Below, one piece after another: positions 57,474 through 64,000 of a stretch of DNA of 64,000 bases. Position 1 is the stretch's first letter. Every line of letters begins with the position of its first letter. The notes beneath the pieces were generated by a model. It made no database searches, had not been told where the DNA came from, and saw only the letters and a program-made list of their open reading frames with translations. A program made the translations under genes and the position numbers. Source of the stretch: an uncultured Heliobacteriaceae bacterium (lineage in GTDB: Bacteria; Acidobacteriota; Blastocatellia; RBC074); assembly GCA_964631865.1 (NCBI GenBank), contig CAZWAK010000020.1:3587-67586 (forward strand), given 5' to 3'.

Positions 57474-58502
57474 ATGCGAATTCTCAAACTCGTGCTCGTC
57501 GTTTTCTTTGGTGCGGCAGCAGCGGCTGTGCCATTTCTTTCCACGAAGCTGGCGGCTGAAGCAGAAAAAGAAGCTGCCGCTTTGCCGCCGCAAGACCTGA
57601 GCCTGTTCATCGGCAACGAATCGTGCGCCGAATGTCATGACAATCAGGCCACGCACTACAAATTGACCGCCCACAGCAAAACCAACAACGACAAGTACCG
57701 CGCCAATCAACGCGGTTGCGAAGCCTGTCACGGCGGCGCGAAACTGCACGTCGAGTTTTACACCACCGCGCAACGGCTGATGAAAGACGGCAAAGACGCC
57801 GAGGCGCAGGCGATGTACGCCGACGAAACCAAAGCCAAAGCGGCGGCGATGCGTTCGTTCAGCGAACTCTCGCCCAAAGCGGCATCGGCTGTCTGCCTGA
57901 CCTGTCACGAAGGCACGCAAGGCCGCAGCGAAGAACGCTTCAACTTCCGCCGCAGCGAACACGCGCGGCACGGCGTTTCGTGTCTGGATTGCCACTCTTC
58001 GCACTCGCCCAAACGCACGGAATTTCTGTTGCGCGGGACACAGCCCGATATGTGTTATCAGTGCCACGCCGATCAGAAAGCGACCTTTGCCAAACCGTTT
58101 CATCACAAGGTTCCCGAAGGCGGCATGAAATGTTCGGACTGCCACAACCAACACGGCGGCTTTGCGGCCAAGCAACTGCGCAATTCGGTGACGGGCGATA
58201 TGCCGTGTTTGAAATGCCACACCGACAAACAAGGGCCGTTTGTCTTTGAGCATGCACCGGTCAAAGCGGAAGGCTGTCAGGCTTGTCATACGCCACACGG
58301 TTCGACCTATCCTAAAATGTTGACGCGCCCGGTGGTGCGATTGCTGTGTCTGGAATGTCACTCCAACACGCCGGGCATCGAAGGCGAAGGTACAGGCATT
58401 GGCGTTAGCCCGACGCACAACCTCGCCGATCCGCGCTATCAAAACTGCACGCTTTGTCACACGGACATTCACGGGTCGAACAAACATCGTCAATTCCGCT
58501 AG
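57474..58502 (+). CDS. Decaheme c-type cytochrome, DmsE/MtrA/PioA/MtoA family
   Basis: Ten CxxCH motifs. Family-typical Cxx[38 protein letters not shown]. Confidence 0.93.
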   Translation: MRILKLVLVVFFGAAAAAVPFLSTKLAAEAEKEAAALPPQDLSLFIGNESCAECHDNQATHYKLTAHSKTNNDKYRANQRGCEACHGGAKLHVEFYTTAQRLMKDGKDAEAQAMYADETKAKAAAMRSFSELSPKAASAVCLTCHEGTQGRSEERFNFRRSEHARHGVSCLDCHSSHSPKRTEFLLRGTQPDMCYQCHADQKATFAKPFHHKVPEGGMKCSDCHNQHGGFAAKQLRNSVTGDMPCLKCHTDKQGPFVFEHAPVKAEGCQACHTPHGSTYPKMLTRPVVRLLCLECHSNTPGIEGEGTGIGVSPTHNLADPRYQNCTLCHTDIHGSNKHRQFR

Positions 58503-58520
58503 AGAGAAAGGAAGCAGGCT

Positions 58521-60650
58521 ATGAACCCGCAAACCCTCATTGCTCAGCTCGTCCGCTCCTGTGCGAGAGCCTTGATTTTCGCGCTCTTCGTTGCGACGAC
58601 GTATGCACAGAGCAGCGTCGAGAAGAGCGAAACGACACAACAAACCAAAACACAAGAAGACGAATTGGCACTGGCGCGCGCGGCAGTCAATAAGCCAAAT
58701 GACAAGCGCGACCAGCCGGAGACGGGACGCCTCTGGGGCGGCTATTCGGTGCAATCGGCGCTGGAGTTTGGCTACCGTTTTGAAAACACGCGCGGCAATC
58801 GCAACAGCTTTTTGTCGCAAGTCAACGTGCGCGATGGCTTCCGCGTGCTGGAATATTCGTTGGACTCGCGCGCGCTGGATGGGCGCGGGATGCTCTACGA
58901 CTCGCTGCGTTCCGAAGTCAACAACGCGGGCGGCGATCAGAGTCAGAACTTCTCGCTGCGGATGGACAAAGCGCGCGCCTATCGCTTTGACTCGCACGTC
59001 CGGCGCTTCAATTACTTCCGCACGCCGGGGCCAAACTTCGCGCGCGACATTCGCAATTCGGATTTACGCCAACAGGTCGCGGATTACAACTTGCGCCTGT
59101 TTCCGCAACGCGCTGTCCGCTTCAATCTCGGCTTTGGTCGCAGCTCGGCCAAAGGGCGCTACAACCCGGACATCAGTTTCTCAAACGATTTCTTTCAACT
59201 GCTTGGCGCGACGCGCTGGGAGTCGAATGATTATCGCGCGGGGATGGATGCCACTTATGGCGGCTGGAATTTCAGCGCCTCCGCGTTGCATCGCCGCTTC
59301 AAGGATGATCCGAGCGTCACGTCGAAATCCTTCGTAGACCCCGGCATTCTGAACCCGACGGACAATTCCTCGCTGACTTCGTTCAGCCGTCTCGTGCCGA
59401 TTCGTTCGCACGCAACGGTGGTGAGCGGCAGCGTGCAGGGCAACATCGGCGAACGGGTGCATGTCGTCGTGCGCGGGCTGCACGATGAGGAATTCAGTCG
59501 CGGGCTTTACAATCAGTCATATTTGGGCAACACCACGACCGCTAATCAACGCTCCACGCAAACCTTCAATGCCGACAGTGCGACGAAGCGTCCGAGCGAC
59601 ACGGTGGATGCTGCGATTTCGTTCGATCTGAATGAGCATTTCACGCTGAACAACACGTTCCGCTATTCCTCGTTTCGCATTCAGGGTGATATGCGAACGA
59701 ATCAATCCACCGTGACTCAAACCGGCACGAATCCGCCCGGCACACCTTCGATCTCGCGCACCTTTGGCGACCGTTTGACGGGGCTGACTTCGTTTTGGAA
59801 CACGCTGGATTTGGGGATGAATTTTGGCAAGAAGTTCAGCGCCAATCTGGGCTGGCGTGCGATGCAACGCGAGGTGGAAATCCTCGGCAGCGTCACCACC
59901 GCGAACAGTCCGGCCTTCACGCCGAGCGTTCGAGCCAATAACGAAGCGGAAAGCATTGACACGCACGCTTTCGTCGGTGGCTTTCGCGTGCGTCCGACGA
60001 ATCGGATGAGCTTTATTTTCGACGTCGAACACGGCACGAATAATAATGCGTTCATCCGCATCAATCCGCTGGATTTCACGCGCTTCCGCTTTCGCACGCA
60101 GATTCAGGCGACCGACCAATTGTCGTTCGTCGGAGCCTTCACTTCGATTGATCGCGTGAACCCGACACCGCAAGTGCAAAACGAATCCGACGCGCGGACG
60201 TACACGGCTTCGGTGGATTGGACGCCACATCCGCGTGCCTGGATCAATGTCGGCTACGATCATCACAATCTGTTCACGACCGCGAACCTGCGCTATTTCC
60301 TCGGCACGGGAGCATCGCGCGTTGAAGTCCTGGGCAAGCTGTTGGCGTATGGACGAATGAATTCCGTGTTCACGAATGCGCGGTTTGCGCTGACGAATCG
60401 GTTGGATTTTCTGATGGTTTATTACTACATCAAAGATTTGGGTGCGCCGTCCGTGACGACTGGAACGAGCGACACGATTCTGGCGTTGCCGCTACGTCGT
60501 CACAACCCGGAAGCGCGGCTCGCTTATCGCTTCAACAACCATCTCACGGGCAATTTTAGTTATCGCCATTTCAGTTACAACGAACGTGATTTCAGTGCGC
60601 TGGACTATCGCTCGAACATCAGCACGATTAGTCTGCGCGTCACTTTTTAA
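58521..60650 (+). CDS. Outer-membrane beta-barrel, MtrB/PioB/MtoB-like porin
   Basis: Signal peptide, 709 aa of alternating beta strands, C-terminal Phe (LRVTF), directly after the decaheme cytochrome. Confidence 0.8.
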   Translation: MNPQTLIAQLVRSCARALIFALFVATTYAQSSVEKSETTQQTKTQEDELALARAAVNKPNDKRDQPETGRLWGGYSVQSALEFGYRFENTRGNRNSFLSQVNVRDGFRVLEYSLDSRALDGRGMLYDSLRSEVNNAGGDQSQNFSLRMDKARAYRFDSHVRRFNYFRTPGPNFARDIRNSDLRQQVADYNLRLFPQRAVRFNLGFGRSSAKGRYNPDISFSNDFFQLLGATRWESNDYRAGMDATYGGWNFSASALHRRFKDDPSVTSKSFVDPGILNPTDNSSLTSFSRLVPIRSHATVVSGSVQGNIGERVHVVVRGLHDEEFSRGLYNQSYLGNTTTANQRSTQTFNADSATKRPSDTVDAAISFDLNEHFTLNNTFRYSSFRIQGDMRTNQSTVTQTGTNPPGTPSISRTFGDRLTGLTSFWNTLDLGMNFGKKFSANLGWRAMQREVEILGSVTTANSPAFTPSVRANNEAESIDTHAFVGGFRVRPTNRMSFIFDVEHGTNNNAFIRINPLDFTRFRFRTQIQATDQLSFVGAFTSIDRVNPTPQVQNESDARTYTASVDWTPHPRAWINVGYDHHNLFTTANLRYFLGTGASRVEVLGKLLAYGRMNSVFTNARFALTNRLDFLMVYYYIKDLGAPSVTTGTSDTILALPLRRHNPEARLAYRFNNHLTGNFSYRHFSYNERDFSALDYRSNISTISLRVTF

Positions 60651-60663
60651 GGAGGAACCAACG

Positions 60664-60999
60664 ATGAACAAACTCAAACTCACGCTTTCCGTCGGCGCGA
60701 TTTTATTGGCCGCGAGCGTTTTCACCACGATGCAACCGTTGTCTACCACTGCCGCCGTGCAGGATGGCGCAACGCTGTACAAAACCAAATGCGTTTCGTG
60801 TCATGGGGTGGATGGCAGCGGGAACACGGCGGCAGGCAAAAAGCTAAACGTGCGTGATCTGCGCCCGGAAATCAAAAAAATGAGCGATGCGCAAATCAGC
60901 GAACTCATCACCAAAGGCAAAGGTAAGATGCCTGCGAATAAAAGCTTCAGTGCCGATCAAGTCAAACAACTGGTCGCGCACGTGCGTGGGTTGAAGTAG
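60664..60999 (+). CDS. Monoheme cytochrome c (class I, c6-like)
   Basis: AAGGAGG RBS, signal peptide, CVSCHG, distal KMP methionine. Confidence 0.92.
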   Translation: MNKLKLTLSVGAILLAASVFTTMQPLSTTAAVQDGATLYKTKCVSCHGVDGSGNTAAGKKLNVRDLRPEIKKMSDAQISELITKGKGKMPANKSFSADQVKQLVAHVRGLK

Positions 61000-61018
61000 C
61001 TTTTGAGAAGGCCACAAT

Positions 61019-61549
61019 ATGACTACAAAAACCGAACCGACCTTGAGCGGGCGGCGCTCATTTCTCGGCGTGTTGCTCGGCTTCATCGGCGCGGCGACGG
61101 GCATCTTGTTGTCTGTCCCACTGTTTCGCTTCGCGCTACATCCGCTGCTCGCCGCGACGACGGAAACCGCGTGGTCTGATCTTGGCGCAGAAGATGAGTT
61201 TGCGGAATTGAACGTACCTGCCAAGCGCGTCATAAAAATCGAGCAGCTTGATGGCTGGCGGCGCATCGTTTCGGAAAAAGCCGTTTACGTCATCAAAGGC
61301 AAAGACGGAAAGCTGCGCGTGTTGTCGGCAGTCTGTCCGCATCTCGGTTGTGCGATTACGTGGGGCGAGGCAAAGCAGCAATTTGTTTGCCCGTGTCACG
61401 TCGGCATCTTTGCGGCGGATGGCGCGCTCGTTTCCGGGCCGCCGCCGCGCGCGATGGACGACCTGGAACACCGCATCGAAAACGGACGGCTGCAAGTGCG
61501 GTATCAATATTTTCGCCAACTGATTCCCACCAAAGAAGTCATCGCCTGA
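61019..61549 (+). CDS. Rieske [2Fe-2S] protein of a bc/b6f-type complex
   Basis: Tat motif GRRSFL, TM anchor, CPHLGC and CPCH, GPPPRAMD. Confidence 0.95.
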   Translation: MTTKTEPTLSGRRSFLGVLLGFIGAATGILLSVPLFRFALHPLLAATTETAWSDLGAEDEFAELNVPAKRVIKIEQLDGWRRIVSEKAVYVIKGKDGKLRVLSAVCPHLGCAITWGEAKQQFVCPCHVGIFAADGALVSGPPPRAMDDLEHRIENGRLQVRYQYFRQLIPTKEVIA

Positions 61550-61564
61550 GCAGGGAGAACAATC

Positions 61565-63004
61565 ATGCCCAAAATTGTCAAAGCCTCAGACACCCCATCA
61601 CACGGTCGTCTGTTCCACTGGTTCGACCGGCGCGTCGGCCTGCAGGCATTGCTGCACGAAGCGTTGGATGAACCGATTCCCGGCGGCGCGCGGCTCGCGT
61701 ATGTGTTTGGTTCGGGGCTGTTGTATTTGTTCCTCTCGCAAATCATCTCCGGCGTCGTGCTCGCGTTGTATTACGTGCCGTCGGCGGATCACGCGCACAC
61801 GACGGTCGCGTACATCACCAAACAAGTGATGGCGGGTTCATTCTTGCGCAGCCTGCATTCGTATGGTTCCAGCGCCGTCGTTGTAATTTTATTGCTGCAT
61901 TTGGCGCAGACGTTTTTGTACGGCGCGTACAAAGGGCGGCGCGAATTGCTATGGCTGTCGGGCTGCTTGTTGTTCGCGCTGATGATCGGGATGGCGTTCA
62001 CGGGATACTTGTTGCCGTGGGATATGAAAGCGTATTTCGCTACCGCCGTCGGCACGAACATCGCCAGCGAAGTGCCGTTGATTGGCGAATGGTTGAAGAA
62101 GCTGATGCGTGGCGGCGCGGAGATGGGGACACTCACGCTCTCGCGGTTTTACGTCGCGCATGTCTTTTTGATCCCGGCGGCGATTTTTGCTGTCGTCGCG
62201 GCGCACATCTTTTTGTTTCGCAAAGCCGGAGCCGCCGGGCCCGTGAACGAAGACCCATTTCACCCCATACAACCCGCCGAACGCTTTTATCCGCGTCAGG
62301 TCGTGATGGACATGGGCTTTTCGTTATTGCTGATCGCGGCGCTCGGCGTGCTGTCGTATTTGGTTCCGGCAGAGTTGGGGCCGAAAGCGGATCCGTCCGA
62401 CACGCAATATCTGCCGCGCCCGGAGTGGTATTACATTCCGGCGTTTGAATGGCTGAAATATTGGCCGGGTTCGCGCGCGTTGATCGGGATTGTCATCATT
62501 CCGCTGATTGTGATTGGCTTGTTCGTGGGCTTGCCGTTTCTGGATCGGCGCTTGGAACGCCGTCCGTGGAAGCGGCCTGTGGCGGTTGGATTTTTCGCGC
62601 TCGTGTTTTTGTCGCTCGTTGGTTTGGGCGTGCTGAGTTATCGCGCCGATCATCGTGATCCTGCCATCGCCAAACAGCTTGAGTGGCAGCGCGAAGAAAC
62701 CGAAGCGTTTATGAAGGAGCCGTTCGAGCCGGAAATGCCGATGGTTCCGCTGCTGACGCCAGTGCAAGCCAAAGGCAAAACCGTGTACGAAGCCAACACC
62801 TGCAATTCCTGTCACGGCGATCAAGGCGAAGGTTCGGCGGCTGGCTCGAAGCTCATCGGCATGCGCAAAAAACATGCGGCGGACAAACTCGCTGCGATGC
62901 TGAAACAACCGACGGACAAAATGACGGAAGGCGGCATGACGCCGCTTGAAATTAGCGACGAAGAGATGACCGCACTCGTCGCGTTTCTTCATAGCTTACG
63001 GTGA
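61565..63004 (+). CDS. Cytochrome b/b6 + subunit IV + cytochrome c fusion
   Basis: LRSLHSYG, TGYLLPWD, RFYVAHVF, Qo motif PRPEWY, C-terminal CNSCHG. Confidence 0.93.
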   Translation: MPKIVKASDTPSHGRLFHWFDRRVGLQALLHEALDEPIPGGARLAYVFGSGLLYLFLSQIISGVVLALYYVPSADHAHTTVAYITKQVMAGSFLRSLHSYGSSAVVVILLLHLAQTFLYGAYKGRRELLWLSGCLLFALMIGMAFTGYLLPWDMKAYFATAVGTNIASEVPLIGEWLKKLMRGGAEMGTLTLSRFYVAHVFLIPAAIFAVVAAHIFLFRKAGAAGPVNEDPFHPIQPAERFYPRQVVMDMGFSLLLIAALGVLSYLVPAELGPKADPSDTQYLPRPEWYYIPAFEWLKYWPGSRALIGIVIIPLIVIGLFVGLPFLDRRLERRPWKRPVAVGFFALVFLSLVGLGVLSYRADHRDPAIAKQLEWQREETEAFMKEPFEPEMPMVPLLTPVQAKGKTVYEANTCNSCHGDQGEGSAAGSKLIGMRKKHAADKLAAMLKQPTDKMTEGGMTPLEISDEEMTALVAFLHSLR

Positions 63005-63011
63005 AAACAGA

Positions 63012-63728
63012 TCAGTAATTCACAATGCGCTCCAGTGCGGCTTTGTTTTGAATATACAAGCTGGAGCCGTTCAGGCCAATCACACGCTTGCTGCGAAACT
63101 CGCCCAAGACTCGCGTAACCGTTTCGCGCGAAGCGCCGATCATTTGCCCGATTTCTCCGTGTGTCAGCGACAGCTTGAGTTGGATGCCGTGCTCGGTTTC
63201 CTTGCCTTCGCGCGCGCACCAGCCGAGTAACAACTTCGCCAGTTTTTCCGCGACGGAATCCGACAGCGCCAGCGCGCGAATTTGATCGCAGACGACGTAG
63301 TAATTCCAACTCAGCAGTTCCGCCACGCGCAAGCTGGCTTCGCCGTGTTCGCGCAGAAATTTCAGAAACGCGACGCGCTCGACAAAGTTGACTTTCCCAT
63401 CGTTTAGCATTTCCGCCGAAACCTCGTAGGGCTTCCCGGAAATCGCCGCGTTCAGTCCCAGCAATTCGCTCGGCTCGGTCACGCGCATCAGCGATTTGCC
63501 GTTGCTCGAATTGATGGAAAGTTTGGCGCGTCCCGTACAAAGGATAAAGATGCCTTGCGGCGACTGGCCTTCCAAAAACAAGACCGTGCCTTGCGGATAG
63601 AAATGAGGATGCACGATTTGCTCGAAGGCGGCCAGCACATGCGCGGACAACCCGCAAAAAGAAAAGCCGGAGCGGCAACTGCAAGTTCCGCATTGCTCGG
63701 TAATTTTTGTGCGATCAGAATAGAACAT
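63012..63728 (-). CDS. Crp/Fnr family transcriptional regulator with N-terminal Cys cluster
   Basis: CGTCSCRSGFSFC N-terminus, cNMP-binding domain, HTH LTHGEIGQMIGASRETVTR. Start ATG 63728. Confidence 0.92.
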   Translation of the reverse strand: MFYSDRTKITEQCGTCSCRSGFSFCGLSAHVLAAFEQIVHPHFYPQGTVLFLEGQSPQGIFILCTGRAKLSINSSNGKSLMRVTEPSELLGLNAAISGKPYEVSAEMLNDGKVNFVERVAFLKFLREHGEASLRVAELLSWNYYVVCDQIRALALSDSVAEKLAKLLLGWCAREGKETEHGIQLKLSLTHGEIGQMIGASRETVTRVLGEFRSKRVIGLNGSSLYIQNKAALERIVNY

Positions 63729-64000
63729 AATCCCACCTGTCAAACGAACTGAGCTTTTTCTCGGCAACTCACTTTTCCACATCTGCAACCGATATGCCGC
63801 TTCAGAATCCGGCTTTGGCAGCGGTGGCGCGCGTGAATTTCCGCGCGGCCTGCGCAAATTGCCGCAAGGCCACTGCACGCGCATTGGCCAATTCCTCAAA
63901 ATTTCCCTTTCACACTGTGGGCGCGGCTGGCATCGGGATTGCCTCAAGATGAGTGGCAGGCGCGGCGTGAAAAGGTTGTGGAAGATTCCCCAGCATCAGC

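Noticed and set aside
57468-58997. 509-aa minus-strand ORF (also 48039-49643, 29741-31078, 32335-33513, 38821-40173, 41586-42608, 52503-53444)
   Set aside because: These are antisense or off-frame shadows of well-supported genes, expected in GC-rich DNA, with no recognisable motifs.

Overview
A 64-kb, GC-rich bacterial chromosomal segment. The gene content (Oar-type TonB receptor, paired MacB-type permeases, ECF/anti-sigma/DUF4097 trio, TPR and DnaJ-TPR proteins) suggests Acidobacteriota, probably Blastocatellia; this is an inference. About 58 protein-coding genes are supportable. They include a sugar ABC transporter, a 2-oxoacid dehydrogenase/lipoylation cluster (lpdA, E2, lipB, lipA) interrupted by accessory genes, glgP, fni, an inositol oxygenase, and signalling genes (two HD-GYP proteins, a histidine kinase, two ECF sigmas). 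No rRNA, tRNA, CRISPR array, transposase or integrase was found. Main discoveries: (1) A UGA-recoded GrdB/PrdB-like selenoprotein with a UxxC motif and a SECIS-like hairpin, which the ORF track splits in two. (2) A porin-cytochrome operon (pentaheme, decaheme MtrA/DmsE-type, MtrB-type barrel, monoheme c, Rieske, cytochrome b/c fusion). It has two tandem CRP boxes upstream and a Cys-rich Crp/Fnr regulator downstream. (3) A family of about 12 short elements built from inverted 7-, 8- or 9-mer tandem repeats at gene boundaries. One encloses a four-helix-bundle (IVP/Avd-like) gene, one is an empty copy with the same heptamer, and one forms the signal peptide of a gene. (4) GTAG-type REP elements. 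(5) A DNA-methyltransferase-like protein lacking the catalytic motif, inside a signalling operon. All protein family assignments come from motif recognition; no database search was run.
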